64,000 nucleotides of DNA, taken from an uncultured Clostridia bacterium. GTDB taxonomy: Bacteria; Bacillota; Clostridia; Tissierellales; Dethiosulfatibacteraceae. Made by a program: the position numbers and the translations under genes. How positions within the stretch are numbered: the stretch's first letter is position 1; each line of letters opens with the position of its first letter. Positions 49,418 through 59,928 of the stretch are shown here, in pieces. Location: positions 129,282 through 193,281 of the forward strand of contig CAZIKK010000002.1 of NCBI GenBank assembly GCA_964539975.1, written 5' to 3'. Below the pieces are notes generated by a model. The model saw nothing but the letters and a program-made list of their open reading frames with translations, ran no database searches and was not told where the DNA came from.

Positions 49418-50179
49418 ATGGAAAAGCAAGTCCTTATCAGTAAAAATGGTGGTGTCGGCACGTTGACTCTTAATCGCACTAAAAGGCATAACTCCCTTGT
49501 CCCGGAATTTCTTCAAGACATCTTGAGTTGTTTTGACAAACTCTCTTCAGATCATCAAGTTCAAGTTATCATCATTCAAGCAAACGGCAAAACTTTTTCC
49601 ACAGGTGGAGATGTCGCATCGTTTCTTGCTCACAAAGAATCTCTGACTGCTTATTCAGAATCTGTTGTTGGAACACTTAATGAACTGATCATGGCGATCA
49701 TCGAATGTCCAAAGCCAGTAATAACAGCCGTTCATGGGATGGTAACTGGAGGTTCCATTGGTTTGGTCCTAGCCGCCGATATTGTATTGGTTTCATCCCG
49801 TGCATCGTTTACTCCCTATTATGCTACTGTTGGATATAGTCCTGATGGTGGGTGGTCAGCGTTGTTACCGTCAATCATTGGCTCCAAAAGAACTGCGCAC
49901 GTTTTGATGACGGATTCAACCATTTCGGCTCAACAAGCCTTTGAGTGGGGCATTGCAAGCAAGGTCGTTCATCATGAAGATATCCGAAGTGAAGCTATTG
50001 ATCTTGCCCATCAACTTACAAAACAAAATTTTGGCACTCTTGTTCATACAAAGAAACTACTTTCAAGCAAGGATGGTATTCAGCAAGCATTGATAGCTGA
50101 ACACGATGCGTTCATTCGTCAAATTAACACAGAAGAAGCTTTATACGGCATGAAGTCTTTTCTTAATTCTCTTCAATAA
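49418..50179 (+). CDS. enoyl-CoA hydratase/isomerase (crotonase) family protein
   Basis: Crotonase fold blocks (GVGTLTLNRTKRHNSL, FSTGGDV, KPVITAVHGMVTGGS). The AAGGAGG SD lies inside the last codons of the ABC-F gene. Confidence 0.88.
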   Translation: MEKQVLISKNGGVGTLTLNRTKRHNSLVPEFLQDILSCFDKLSSDHQVQVIIIQANGKTFSTGGDVASFLAHKESLTAYSESVVGTLNELIMAIIECPKPVITAVHGMVTGGSIGLVLAADIVLVSSRASFTPYYATVGYSPDGGWSALLPSIIGSKRTAHVLMTDSTISAQQAFEWGIASKVVHHEDIRSEAIDLAHQLTKQNFGTLVHTKKLLSSKDGIQQALIAEHDAFIRQINTEEALYGMKSFLNSLQ

Positions 50180-50191
50180 ATATCTGCATAT

Positions 50192-50242
50192 AAAAAAGAC
50201 TGTTGCCATACCAGCTTGACTGGACAGTACAACAGTCTTTTT
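50192..50242. terminator. bidirectional terminator between the crotonase gene and rnpB
   Basis: AAAAAAGACTGTTG-N24-CAACAGTCTTTTT: an 8-bp GC-containing stem flanked by A and T runs. Confidence 0.75.
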
Positions 50243-50568
50243 AGAGTAAGTCTATAAGCCGAGTTTTGTAATCGATAGTCATCTATCTAGGCTTTTTGTT
50301 GCCAAAAAGCTCAAGCAACCTACCACGGGACACAGCGAGCAACTGCTTCCAAAGTCCCTATTTGGTCTTGCATCGAATGGGGTTTACACAGCCGGTTAGT
50401 CACCTAACCGCTGGTGAGCTCTTACCTCACCTTTTCATCCTTACCTTTTCAGGCGGTAATTTTCTGTTGCACTTTCCTTAAGGTCACCCTCACTGGCCGT
50501 TAACCAGCATCCTGCTCTATGAAGCTCGGACTTTCCTCATGCTTCCATGCGACTATCCGACTTACTCT
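50243..50568 (-). ncRNA. rnpB: RNase P RNA, bacterial type A
   Basis: The minus strand shows P1 AGAGTAAGTC.../...GACTTACTCT, CR-I GAGGAAAGTCCGAGC, AGTGCAACAGAAAA, GGTAAGGATGAAAAGGTGAGGTAAGAGCTCACC (P13/P14 region, aligns with the E. coli type A RNA), CAAGACCAAATAGGGA, and CR-V ACAAAACTCGGCTTATAG. Confidence 0.93.
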
Positions 50569-50608
50569 ATGCATTATAATCTATTTGATTCCATTTCTCA
50601 AATATTTT

Positions 50609-51394
50609 TTAATAATTTTCGAAAGCATAGTCATTACGATCATAAGTAAATACTTCTAGGTCGCTATTTATTGTTTTTAATTTTTTTTCCATAAGAGGTA
50701 AAAATACCCATTCAAGGCCATAGTGGGTTGCATCTATCAAGATTATGTCATTTTCATAGGCTTTTTGTCCATCATGGTGTCCTAGGTCTCCAGTAATATA
50801 AACATCTGCGCCTTTATCTGCAGCATTACCAATAAAGTCTGCTCCCGCTCCTCCGCAGAAAGCAATACGATGAATCCTTTTTTTTTGACCATTGTACACT
50901 CGTATCCCTTCTAAATTGAATTGAGCCTTCAAAAAGTTAATAAAGGAGTGGAGGTCTATCTCTTTTTCTATCACGCCAATCCCACCAAAACCATACTTAG
51001 GGTCATTGTCATTAGGAACTAAAACGCTGAAGCCTTCCAAATTTAACTGTTGAGATATTGCCCAATTCATTCCATGATGCGCTTGATCAAAGTTTGTATG
51101 AAAACTGACACAGTTGATTTGATTCATGATAAGCGACCGAATCATTTTCCCTTTCGTTTCTGTTACATCAATTTTTAGTATTGGATCAAAAATAAACGGA
51201 TGATGAGAAATAATCAAGTCAACCTCTTTTTCGATGCATTTTTCAATTACTTTTTCTGTTAGATCAATCGTTAACAAAATTCTATTAACCGTCATATTTC
51301 TATCAGACACTTGATAGCCACCATTGTCCCATTTTTCTGACAGATTAAAAGGATATATACTTTCAACATTTACAATTAACTCATTCAATGTCAT
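50609..51394 (-). CDS. Nif3-family dinuclear metal centre protein (YqfO-like)
   Basis: ISHHPFIFDP, HTNFD and TGDLGHHD blocks; position downstream of trmK as in B. subtilis yqfN-yqfO. Confidence 0.9.
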   Translation of the reverse strand: MTLNELIVNVESIYPFNLSEKWDNGGYQVSDRNMTVNRILLTIDLTEKVIEKCIEKEVDLIISHHPFIFDPILKIDVTETKGKMIRSLIMNQINCVSFHTNFDQAHHGMNWAISQQLNLEGFSVLVPNDNDPKYGFGGIGVIEKEIDLHSFINFLKAQFNLEGIRVYNGQKKRIHRIAFCGGAGADFIGNAADKGADVYITGDLGHHDGQKAYENDIILIDATHYGLEWVFLPLMEKKLKTINSDLEVFTYDRNDYAFENY

Positions 51395-52082
51395 GCTTTT
51401 CCATTAACCTCCTATATGATAAAATCTTGTCTTCTAATGATTTTACTGATTCCTTTGGTTTTCCGCCAATAATCATTTCATTAATAATTCCTTGGCAAAT
51501 ACGTATCTTGTTTTTTAGAAACAATCTAATCAAAGGGTGTTTTTTCTCAATCAATGGTCTCCCAATTTCGTAAAACACATCATCTTCAACATTAACTCTT
51601 TCTTCTGTTTTAATTGCTTTAATGATTTCATAAAAATGCGTGTCTTCTTTTGACAGAGATTCTTCAACTATTCTAAAATTCTTATTGAAAAGAAACTTTC
51701 TAAGCTTATCCGATGCATTCATGGGTTGCAAAATCAAAGTATGATGATAGCTTATATCCTTCAGTCCATCTTCAATGATTTTTTTTATCAAGAGACCACC
51801 CATACCTGCAACAATAATCGTATCAACTTCTTTTAAGTTTACGGGGTCAAGACCATTTCCAAGCCTAACTTCAATCTGATTCAATAGACCCTTTTCTTCG
51901 ACAAATTTTGATGCAATCTCATACGGTCCTCGATTTAGATCCGTCGCTATGACTCTGTCGCATCTGCCTTCAGCAATTAGTTTTACGGGGACGAATCCAT
52001 GATCCGTCCCAATATCTGCGACCGTATCACAAGTGTCTACTAAAGATACAATTGTGTCTAATCTATTAAGCATATTAATCAC
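51381..52082 (-). CDS. trmK: tRNA (adenine22-N1)-methyltransferase TrmK
   Basis: RLDTIVSLVD..VADIGTDHGFVPVKL SAM-binding start, AGMGG block. Confidence 0.9.
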   Translation of the reverse strand: MINMLNRLDTIVSLVDTCDTVADIGTDHGFVPVKLIAEGRCDRVIATDLNRGPYEIASKFVEEKGLLNQIEVRLGNGLDPVNLKEVDTIIVAGMGGLLIKKIIEDGLKDISYHHTLILQPMNASDKLRKFLFNKNFRIVEESLSKEDTHFYEIIKAIKTEERVNVEDDVFYEIGRPLIEKKHPLIRLFLKNKIRICQGIINEMIIGGKPKESVKSLEDKILSYRRLMEKHDIE

Positions 52083-52114
52083 CTTATATTAAGTAAAGAT
52101 TCGTTTCCGAATCT

Positions 52115-53281
52115 TTACTCCAAATAATCTTTTAATTTTTTGCTTCGACTTGGGTGTCGAAGTTTTCTTAACGCCTTAGCTTCAATCTGTCGGATCCTCT
52201 CTCTTGTCACATCAAATTCTTTACCTACCTCTTCCAAGGTTCTCGCTCTCCCGTCATCTAGCCCAAACCTCAGTCTCAGAACTTTTTGCTCTCTTTCAGT
52301 CAAAGTTTCCAAAACATCCACCAGTTGTTCCTTTAGCAAGATAGACGTAGCAGCATCGGCTGGAGCCTGAGCATCGTCATCTGGAATAAAATCTCCTAAA
52401 TGACTATCCTCTTCCTCACCTATGGGAGTCTCCAGAGATACTGGTTCTTGAGCAATCTTTAAAATCTCTCTTACCTTCTCAGGTTCCATATCCATTTCCA
52501 TAGCAATTTCTTCAGGAGTAGCATCACGACCTAACTCTTGCAACAATTGTCTTTTGACCCTGATTAATTTATTGATTGTTTCAACCATATGCACTGGAAT
52601 TCTTATCGTCCGCGCTTGATCTGCTATCGCTCTTGTAATAGCCTGCCTTATCCACCATGTTGCATACGTGCTAAACTTATACCCTTTTTTATAATCAAAT
52701 TTCTCAACGGCTTTAATCAATCCCAAGTTCCCTTCTTGAATCAAATCTAGAAAAAGCATCCCTCTTCCCACATACCGCTTAGCAATACTTACAACTAACC
52801 TCAAGTTAGCTTCTGCTAATCTGTTTTTTGCTTCATCGTCATGATTTTCCATACGTTTAGCCAATTCTACTTCTTCGTCCGCTGTCAACAAGGGCACTTT
52901 CCCAATTTCTTTAAGATACATTCTTACCGGGTCATCCACATTAACACCCTTTAATAGTATGGAATCCGATTCGCTTTTTATTCTTTCCAATAGGTTGTTT
53001 TCAACTTCCGCATCTATTTCATCATCTTCCTCATCTTCCTCATCTGTGTCTGTAATAATCAAATCATCTTGAAGTCCAAGGATTTCAATCTTGTTATCTT
53101 CCAGAAACTTATAGACATCATCTATTTCCTCTGGGCTTATCTCAATTTTCTCAAATGTTGTGACAATCTCTTTATACTCTATGAAGCCCTCTTTTTTTCC
53201 TTTCTTTTTTAAATTAATTTTCAGTTCGTCAATGACGGAGTTGTTTTCGTTGATGCCAGTAAACTCATTCACTTTTGTCAT
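52115..53281 (-). CDS. sigA: primary sigma factor SigA/RpoD
   Basis: Acidic region 1, region 2 ([27 protein letters not shown]), region 4.2 ([30 protein letters not shown]). Confidence 0.98.
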   Translation of the reverse strand: MTKVNEFTGINENNSVIDELKINLKKKGKKEGFIEYKEIVTTFEKIEISPEEIDDVYKFLEDNKIEILGLQDDLIITDTDEEDEEDDEIDAEVENNLLERIKSESDSILLKGVNVDDPVRMYLKEIGKVPLLTADEEVELAKRMENHDDEAKNRLAEANLRLVVSIAKRYVGRGMLFLDLIQEGNLGLIKAVEKFDYKKGYKFSTYATWWIRQAITRAIADQARTIRIPVHMVETINKLIRVKRQLLQELGRDATPEEIAMEMDMEPEKVREILKIAQEPVSLETPIGEEEDSHLGDFIPDDDAQAPADAATSILLKEQLVDVLETLTEREQKVLRLRFGLDDGRARTLEEVGKEFDVTRERIRQIEAKALRKLRHPSRSKKLKDYLE

Positions 53282-54977
53282 TATGTAGCCCCCTTAACCT
53301 TATAATTTCTTTATCCAGTTCTAAAATTTTCTTTTGCCATTGACCTTTGTTGTCGATTTTAGGCATATCATTCAGTAGTTCCTTTTTTTGTCTCGTTAGA
53401 TTTTCTAGCTTAATTCTGTGTATATAATCCTCTGCAACTCTCTCAAGTTCTTCTTGTGTCAGATAAATCCCTTCAAATAACAATTCCGACTCATTGTGTT
53501 GGGTTTTTTCGTCCAACATCTTAAATTTATCAGAATATGATGTGTCTTCCGTTAAAAATGTTCTGTATTTAGTCATCACATGATTTTTTACTACCGCATT
53601 TTTGGTCAAAATTTCCAGTAGTTTCGTCTCAAAATCATATTCATTGCTAGTTGAAACACTCATTTTCTTGATCACTTGCGGCCTAAATCCTTTACCTTTC
53701 ACAACCGATTTTAGTTCTTGTTGGAGTGCTTCTTTTGAAACACCTAGCAAATTCGATATTTTTTCAATATACAATTCTCTTTCTACAGGACTTTTGACAG
53801 ATGCCAAGTGTTCATTGGCTTCTTTTATGTATGATATTTTTCCTGAATCTGTATGAATGTCGTATTTCTTTTTTAGATAGTGATCAACAAACCCAAAGTA
53901 ATCAAAAGAATTAGTCATTTGTTCTTTATACTTGGCTCCACCATATTTTGATATGAAATCATCTGGATCCATATTCTCTGGGAATTTGAGGATCTTGCAC
54001 TCGAAATTATTGGATTTTAAAAGATTTGCTGCTTTTATTGCCGCTTTCAATCCAGCTTCATCTGAATCATACGATATATAAAATGTTTGACTATATTTTT
54101 TCATTAATTTGACTTGGTTTTCTGTCAATGCTGTTCCTAGAGAGGCTACAACATTTTTATACCCATTTATGGACAGTTTTATAACATCCATATAGCCTTC
54201 CGTCAAAATAATGCCTTCTCTTGAATAATCTTTGGCATTATTGAGATTATATAAACTTCTACCTTTATTAAACAATATCGTGTCTGGTGAATTGATATAC
54301 TTTGGCAAAGAATCATCTACAACTCTCCCGCCAAAGCCAATTACTCTCTTTTTTAGATCAAAAATCGGGAAAATCAATCGATTTCTAAAACGATCATACA
54401 CATTCCCTCTTTTTTCATTCTTTATGACTAGCCCATTATCCAAGATATCTTTTTCTTTAAAGCCTTTTTTAGTTAGATAAGTCAACAACCCATCCCACTT
54501 GTCAGGCGCAAAACCTAGGCCAAAATATTTTTGCGCTTTTCGATGGATGCCTCTGTTCTCAAAGTATTTAACCGCTACTGGATTGTTTTCAAGGTTTTTA
54601 AAAAAAAATATCGCCGATTCTCTATTGATTTTATAATTGATGCTAAGAGATATTTGTTTTTTTTTGTCCTTATTTTGCTCATGCTCCAAAGGTATCCCTG
54701 CACGATTTGCCAATTCTTCTACCGCCTCAACGAATGTTAAATTCCTATATCTCATCAAAAATGTTATAGCATCTCCTCCTTCACCACAACCAAAACAATG
54801 AAAGATCTGTTTATCCGGAGATACAGAAAATGACGGTGTTTTTTCTTTGTGAAACGGACACAGTGCCGTATAATTCGACCCTGCTCGTTTTAAATTGATG
54901 CATTCACCGATTACATCGACTATATCGCTATGTTCAACGATTTGTTCAATTTTCTCTTCACTAATAGAGTATGGCAT
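53265..54977 (-). CDS. dnaG: DNA primase DnaG
   Basis: Zn ribbon [13 protein letters not shown]...[12 protein letters not shown]-polymerase core, TOPRIM (LTEGYMDV...DSDEAG). Confidence 0.97.
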   Translation of the reverse strand: MPYSISEEKIEQIVEHSDIVDVIGECINLKRAGSNYTALCPFHKEKTPSFSVSPDKQIFHCFGCGEGGDAITFLMRYRNLTFVEAVEELANRAGIPLEHEQNKDKKKQISLSINYKINRESAIFFFKNLENNPVAVKYFENRGIHRKAQKYFGLGFAPDKWDGLLTYLTKKGFKEKDILDNGLVIKNEKRGNVYDRFRNRLIFPIFDLKKRVIGFGGRVVDDSLPKYINSPDTILFNKGRSLYNLNNAKDYSREGIILTEGYMDVIKLSINGYKNVVASLGTALTENQVKLMKKYSQTFYISYDSDEAGLKAAIKAANLLKSNNFECKILKFPENMDPDDFISKYGGAKYKEQMTNSFDYFGFVDHYLKKKYDIHTDSGKISYIKEANEHLASVKSPVERELYIEKISNLLGVSKEALQQELKSVVKGKGFRPQVIKKMSVSTSNEYDFETKLLEILTKNAVVKNHVMTKYRTFLTEDTSYSDKFKMLDEKTQHNESELLFEGIYLTQEELERVAEDYIHRIKLENLTRQKKELLNDMPKIDNKGQWQKKILELDKEIIRLRGLHNDKSE

Positions 54978-55009
54978 AATACCACCATTATATCAAATTA
55001 TGGAACAAA

Positions 55010-55038
55010 ATTATACATCTTTTAAATATCTTTGTCAA
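55010..55038 (-). promoter_or_regulatory. consensus sigma-A promoter upstream of dnaG-sigA
   Basis: Perfect TTGACA-17 nt-TATAAT on the minus strand (-35 at 55033-55038, -10 at 55010-55015). Confidence 0.6.
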
Positions 55039-55041
55039 ACA

Positions 55042-56043
55042 CTATTTATCCCATGGTAACGGTAAAAAAATGTCTTTAAATTGCTTTAATGCGTAGCGGT
55101 CTGTCATTCCAGCTATATAATCTTTAACTACCTCTTCTTTGTCCAAAGTTGGTATTTCATTATTACTCTCCGTTAGAAGCTGAATGTTGTCCATGTAATA
55201 ATAATACAAATCCGTCATGATTTTTTCAGCTTTTCTATCTTCACTCTTAGCAACTTCGTTGTAATAAATGTTTTCAAACATGTATTCTCGCAAGTGGTCG
55301 GTTGCTTGTTTAATGTTTGAGCTCATTTTGACTTCATTTTTCCCAGCTGAGTTTCTGATTATATCCAAAATCATGTTGTTAATTCTTTCGCCATGGCTAC
55401 TCCCTAAGGAATCAATGATTTCTCTAGGGATTTTCTCAAGATCAATCAACCCTGCTCTTTCAGCGTCATCTATATCGTGATTCAAATAGGCAATTCTGTC
55501 GGCCATTTTAACCAGTTGTGCTTCTAGTGTAAAAGGCTTGTTGTCTCCAGTATGGTTGAGAATTCCATCCCTTACTTCTTCTGTCAGGTTCAACCCATCT
55601 TTGTCATTGTGTTTTTCCAACAAGTCTACTACTCTTAAGCTTTGCTCATAGTGTCGAAACCCTCTACTCAACAACCTGTCCAAAATTGCTTCTCCATTGT
55701 GCCCAAAAGGTGTGTGGCCTAAATCATGTCCTAGAGATATGGCTTCTGTCAAATCCTCATTCAATCTTAAAGCTCTTGCCATTGTTCTTGAAATTTGAGA
55801 TACCTCTAATGTGTGGGTAAGTCTTGTCCGATAATGATCTCCTTCTGGAGCCAAAAAGACTTGTGTCTTGTGCTTTAATCGCCTAAAGGATTTTGAATGT
55901 AAGATGCGATCTCTGTCTCTTTGAAAGTCAGTCCTAATCTCACATTTACTCTCTTGAGAAATACGGCCTTTTGATTCACCTGATTTGACAGCATATGGAG
56001 ATAGTATACGAAATTCAAGTTCTTCTTGGTATTCTCTATACAT
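55042..56043 (-). CDS. dgt: dGTP triphosphohydrolase-like HD-domain protein
   Basis: DFQRDRDRILHS, RTRLTHTLEV, HDLGHTPFGH. Confidence 0.92.
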   Translation of the reverse strand: MYREYQEELEFRILSPYAVKSGESKGRISQESKCEIRTDFQRDRDRILHSKSFRRLKHKTQVFLAPEGDHYRTRLTHTLEVSQISRTMARALRLNEDLTEAISLGHDLGHTPFGHNGEAILDRLLSRGFRHYEQSLRVVDLLEKHNDKDGLNLTEEVRDGILNHTGDNKPFTLEAQLVKMADRIAYLNHDIDDAERAGLIDLEKIPREIIDSLGSSHGERINNMILDIIRNSAGKNEVKMSSNIKQATDHLREYMFENIYYNEVAKSEDRKAEKIMTDLYYYYMDNIQLLTESNNEIPTLDKEEVVKDYIAGMTDRYALKQFKDIFLPLPWDK

Positions 56044-56082
56044 TATTAAACCTCCTTATAAATAACTACAAAGAAGAAAGAG

Positions 56083-56907
56083 TTATACCCTTTCTTCTTG
56101 TTTTGTTGTTTCGTTATACCAGCCAATGATAATGCTTGCAATTTCTTCAATTGCTTTATTTGTAATGTTTACTTTTCTACAACCTATTCTCCTGATATAT
56201 TGATCAGCATACTCTAATTCTTTGACGATTCTATCTAAATTTGCGTAAGAAGAATTGTCATTTAATCCTAAAGCTTTTAGCCGTTCTTTTCTAATCCTGT
56301 TTAAATATTCTGGCTCTGCATATAGTGCAATCACTTTTGCAGCATCGCTAGTAAATAACTCTTCTGGTGGTTCCACTTCAGGAACCAATGGAATATTGGC
56401 CACCTTTAGATTTTTATTAGCCAGATACATGCTAAGGGGTGTTTTAGATGTTCTGGAAATGCCTATTAAAACCATGTCCGCTTTAGTGATACCTTTGGTG
56501 TCTTTTCCATCATCGTATTTGACAGCAAATTCAATTGCATCCATTCTTTTGAAATAATTCTTGTCAAACTTATACAACAAGCCTGGTTCTCTTTTAGGTT
56601 TAATTCCTATGTGTTCTATCATTGGAGACAGAAGTGGTGTAATCAAATCCACTGCTGTTACATCTTCTCTGCTTGCTCTCTTTATTAAATAATCACGTAA
56701 TTCAACAATTACCAACGTAAAAACGATTACCGCATTTTGCACTCTTGCCTTGTGGACGATCTCATCGATTTCTTCTTTCGACTGCACATATGGATAGACA
56801 TCAATGTGATAATCAATATCATCAAACTGTTTTAATACCGCTTTGGTAACTTGCTCTGATGTTTCCCCCACCGAATCTGACAAAGCATAGACTCTCACTC
56901 TTTTCAT
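56083..56907 (-). CDS. pyruvate,phosphate dikinase regulatory protein (PDRP, YqfL-like kinase/pyrophosphorylase)
   Basis: MKRVRVYALSDSVGETSE start at 56907 (ATGA overlap with the upstream gene), P-loop-like GISRTSKTPLS. Confidence 0.9.
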   Translation of the reverse strand: MKRVRVYALSDSVGETSEQVTKAVLKQFDDIDYHIDVYPYVQSKEEIDEIVHKARVQNAVIVFTLVIVELRDYLIKRASREDVTAVDLITPLLSPMIEHIGIKPKREPGLLYKFDKNYFKRMDAIEFAVKYDDGKDTKGITKADMVLIGISRTSKTPLSMYLANKNLKVANIPLVPEVEPPEELFTSDAAKVIALYAEPEYLNRIRKERLKALGLNDNSSYANLDRIVKELEYADQYIRRIGCRKVNITNKAIEEIASIIIGWYNETTKQEERV

Positions 56908-57506
56908 AGCAACCCCTTCCCGGACATACCCAAGTCCAAAATGTATTGACATATATTGGTTTTAGAGATACGGCCAATCACTCTCAATTTATCTGTTCCC
57001 TCTTCTGATACTATTGGTAGGCAATCAATATGATATTCAACCATTTTTTTTACCGCATCTAAAAAAATATCATTATTATTGCAGTAAATGATTTGTGGCA
57101 ATCTTGTCATTATAACTGATACAGGCAATGTCAATGCCGAATTACCGGTTATTGTCACTTTCAAAAGATCTCTTCTCGATACAATTCCTTTTAAGTAGTT
57201 GTCTTCGACAATAAACAGTGTCCCTACATCCTCTAGAAACATAGTCACTGCAGCATCATAAATAGAGGACATTTCCTCAATGACAACAGGAACTGATTTT
57301 ATTTCTTCAACTGGAATCGTGAAAAGTTCATCAATGGATTTTTCTAGTATCATTTCATTGAAAAGATAACCAACTTTTGGCTTAGCCACTAACACTCCAA
57401 TCATTGTTAGAATAGTAAGATCGTGCCGAATGGTGCCCCGAACCAACCCAAGATGTTCCCCTAGGTCTTCTCCCGTAATTGGCTCGTATTGTTTGACAAG
57501 TTCCAC
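56904..57506 (-). CDS. CcpN-like regulator (HTH + two CBS domains); true start probably upstream of the track start
   Basis: HTH PITGEDLGEHLGLVRGTIRHDLTILTMIG followed by a CBS pair; paired with the PDRP gene as in B. subtilis ccpN-yqfL. See the finding on the start codon. Confidence 0.85.
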   Translation of the reverse strand: MELVKQYEPITGEDLGEHLGLVRGTIRHDLTILTMIGVLVAKPKVGYLFNEMILEKSIDELFTIPVEEIKSVPVVIEEMSSIYDAAVTMFLEDVGTLFIVEDNYLKGIVSRRDLLKVTITGNSALTLPVSVIMTRLPQIIYCNNNDIFLDAVKKMVEYHIDCLPIVSEEGTDKLRVIGRISKTNICQYILDLGMSGKGLL

Positions 57507-57548
57507 TATCTTGCTTTGCCTTTCTGTAAGCTTGATAAGATCACTTCC

Positions 57549-58946
57549 TTAAAATTTCAACTGGTCTAGCAAAAATCGAGGTAGTTCTTTTATCTCAATT
57601 CTTTTTTGCTCCATCGTGTCTCGATATCTAATTGTAACACATTTGTCTTCTAGTGAGTCAAAATCATAAGTGATACAAAATGGTGTTCCTATCTCATCAT
57701 GTCGTCTGTACCTTTTTCCTATACTTCCCGCTTCATCATAATCAACACTCAAATAGCTTGATAATTCATGATAAAGATCCATTGCTGGTTCCTTTAATTT
57801 TTTTGTTAAAGGAAAAATAGCTGCTTTATAAGCAGACAAAGCTGGATGTAGCTTCAAAATAGATCTTTCCGTTCCATCTTCTAGTGTTTCTTCTTCATAA
57901 GCATCAATGAGAAAGGCTAATAGTACCCTGTCCACACCAACTGAAGGTTCAATGCAGTAAGGAATGTACTCTTCATTTGTCTGAGGATCCTTATAGACAA
58001 AACTTTCCCCAGAATGCTCTTGATGTTGTTTTAAGTCAAAATCAGTCCTGTCAGCAATTCCCCAAAGTTCTCCCCAACCAAAAGGAAATAGGTACTCAAT
58101 ATCGGTTGTCGCGTTACTATAATGCGAAAGTTCTTCTGGCCCATGGTCTCGAAATCTCACACTCTCTTCTTTCATTCCAAGAGATGTAAGCCAATTCATG
58201 CAAAAGTCTTTCCAGTAATGGTACCATTCAATATCTTCTCCTGGTTTGCAAAAGAACTCTAGCTCCATCTGCTCAAACTCTCGTGTTCTAAAAATGAAAT
58301 TTCCAGGTGTTATCTCATTCCTAAAAGATTTCCCAATCTGTCCAATGCCAAACGGAATTTTTTTTCGAGAAGATCGGTGGACGTTTTTAAAATTGACAAA
58401 TATTCCTTGAGCTGTCTCTGGTCTAAGAAATATTTCGGCCTGTGAATCTTCCGTAACTCCTTGATATGTCTTAAACATGAGATTAAATTGACGAATATTT
58501 GTAAATTCAGTGCCTTCACATTCGGGACACTTTATATAATGGTCTGCCACATATTTTTCCATCTCTGTATTTGACCATCCATCAACAATTGTTTCATGAT
58601 CTCCACTATTCCTTAAATAGTCTTCAATGATTTTGTCAGCTCGAAATCTAGTTTTACATATTTTGCAGTCCATCAACGGATCATTAAATCCACCCACATG
58701 TCCTGAGGCTTCCCAAGTTTTTGGGTTCATGAGAATCGCAGAGTCAAGTCCTACGTTGTGAGCATTGCCTTGGATAAACTTTTGCCACCAGGCTTTTTTG
58801 ACATTGTTTTTTATCTCAACTCCAACAGGTCCGTAGTCCCATGTGTTTGCAAGACCACCATATATTTCTGACCCTGAAAATATAATTCCTCTGCTTTTTG
58901 ATAATGACACAAGTTTTTCTAGTTTGCTTTTTTCAGCCTTACTCAT
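57549..58946 (-). CDS. glyQS: glycine--tRNA ligase (alpha2 dimeric GlyQS type)
   Basis: [23 protein letters not shown], class II motifs ([25 protein letters not shown]), C-terminal anticodon-binding domain. Confidence 0.97.
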   Translation of the reverse strand: MSKAEKSKLEKLVSLSKSRGIIFSGSEIYGGLANTWDYGPVGVEIKNNVKKAWWQKFIQGNAHNVGLDSAILMNPKTWEASGHVGGFNDPLMDCKICKTRFRADKIIEDYLRNSGDHETIVDGWSNTEMEKYVADHYIKCPECEGTEFTNIRQFNLMFKTYQGVTEDSQAEIFLRPETAQGIFVNFKNVHRSSRKKIPFGIGQIGKSFRNEITPGNFIFRTREFEQMELEFFCKPGEDIEWYHYWKDFCMNWLTSLGMKEESVRFRDHGPEELSHYSNATTDIEYLFPFGWGELWGIADRTDFDLKQHQEHSGESFVYKDPQTNEEYIPYCIEPSVGVDRVLLAFLIDAYEEETLEDGTERSILKLHPALSAYKAAIFPLTKKLKEPAMDLYHELSSYLSVDYDEAGSIGKRYRRHDEIGTPFCITYDFDSLEDKCVTIRYRDTMEQKRIEIKELPRFLLDQLKF

Positions 58947-58961
58947 ATACTTCTCCTTTCA

Positions 58962-59158
58962 AAAAATAAAAAAATTCGCCCATAATAGGGACGAAAATAC
59001 TTCCGCGGTTCCACCCTACTTGATACATTGCTGTATCCTCTCTAGTAGTCTATGCTCATGGGTTCCTTTCTTAAATTTCACATATTGGGTTTCCACCGTG
59101 CCCCAATTCTCTATCATGCTCGATCCAATACTCTTCCCAATCAAAGCATTATACAATT
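58962..59158 (-). promoter_or_regulatory. T-box leader (Gly, specifier GGA) with terminator/antiterminator
   Basis: The minus strand has the K-turn/Stem I base TGCTTTGATTGGG...CCCATGAGCA, an AGAGA bulge, a distal loop with GGTGGAAA, specifier loop GAAA-GGA-A (GGA at 59064-59066), the T-box GGGTGGAACCGCGG (59003-59016), then the terminator TTCGTCCC-TATTAT-GGGCGAA plus T7. Confidence 0.88.
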
Positions 59159-59164
59159 AACAAT

Positions 59165-59193
59165 AATTTACCACCATCTACTTGTTCTGTCAA
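59165..59193 (-). promoter_or_regulatory. sigma-A type promoter for the glyQS leader
   Basis: TTGACA-17 nt-TAAATT on the minus strand, starting 4 nt after the recO stop. Confidence 0.5.
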
Positions 59194-59196
59194 TCC

Positions 59197-59925
59197 CTAT
59201 TTAAACTCAAGTAATTTCAATGATTTAAACTGTTCTTTCCCAACATAGGCATTAAAGTATTTCCGGATTAATTTTAGTGCTTCAATATTTATCTCTTTAA
59301 TTGTCGCAATATGTTCAAATTTCACATACAACAATTTGAACATATCGTTTATGCTTTCTTGCGTTGTCAAAGAACTATCTTTCATAACACCGCAGCTGTT
59401 ACAAATGATACCCCCTTCGCTGATTGAGAATTTAATATGTCGAGGTCTTGCGGCACCACAAACGGCACAATGTTCCAACTGTGGCTTAAACCCCATCATG
59501 CTAATCAGTTTTATCTCATATGCATGGATATACCACGAAATATTTGCAGACACATCCTCGAGAACTTCCAACATTCTAACTGTCATTTCAAAAGCATTGG
59601 CTTGATGATCATTTTCTTGTAGAACATGATTGAGTATTTCAAGTATATAGCTTCCATAGACATAATTCTCATATTTTTGGCGCAGTCTATAAAAGCTGTT
59701 TAGTACACTTCCATTGATTAATATAAACATTTCTTTGTTCTGAATCAGTGTGACATCACAATAGTTGAACGTTTGTGCAATTGACATGTTTTCACTATTC
59801 GATTTTTGCGCCCCTCTTGCCATTACTTGTATTCTGCCTCTTTTTTTGCTAAAACAGTGAAGAATCTTATCATAATCTTTGTAGTCAATTTCCTTTAATA
59901 CAATGATTTCATCTTGTTCACTCAT
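59197..59925 (-). CDS. recO: DNA repair protein RecO
   Basis: OB-fold N-domain (IVLKEIDYKDYDKILHCFSKKRGRIQVMARGAQK) and Zn-finger region CAVCG...CNSCG. Confidence 0.93.
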   Translation of the reverse strand: MSEQDEIIVLKEIDYKDYDKILHCFSKKRGRIQVMARGAQKSNSENMSIAQTFNYCDVTLIQNKEMFILINGSVLNSFYRLRQKYENYVYGSYILEILNHVLQENDHQANAFEMTVRMLEVLEDVSANISWYIHAYEIKLISMMGFKPQLEHCAVCGAARPRHIKFSISEGGIICNSCGVMKDSSLTTQESINDMFKLLYVKFEHIATIKEINIEALKLIRKYFNAYVGKEQFKSLKLLEFK

Positions 59926-59928
59926 ATG

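Noticed and set aside
50296-50481. 61-aa ORF in the 50.2-50.6 kb gap
   Set aside because: The region is the RNase P RNA gene on the opposite strand (CR-I and CR-V motifs, P1 pairing). The ORF is a chance open frame in a G+C-richer structured RNA.
54987-54995. Second extended -10 element (TGATATAAT) upstream of dnaG
   Set aside because: It ends about 10 nt before the dnaG ATG, so a transcript from it would lack the GGTGG ribosome-binding site. The perfect TTGACA-17-TATAAT at 55010-55038 is the credible promoter.
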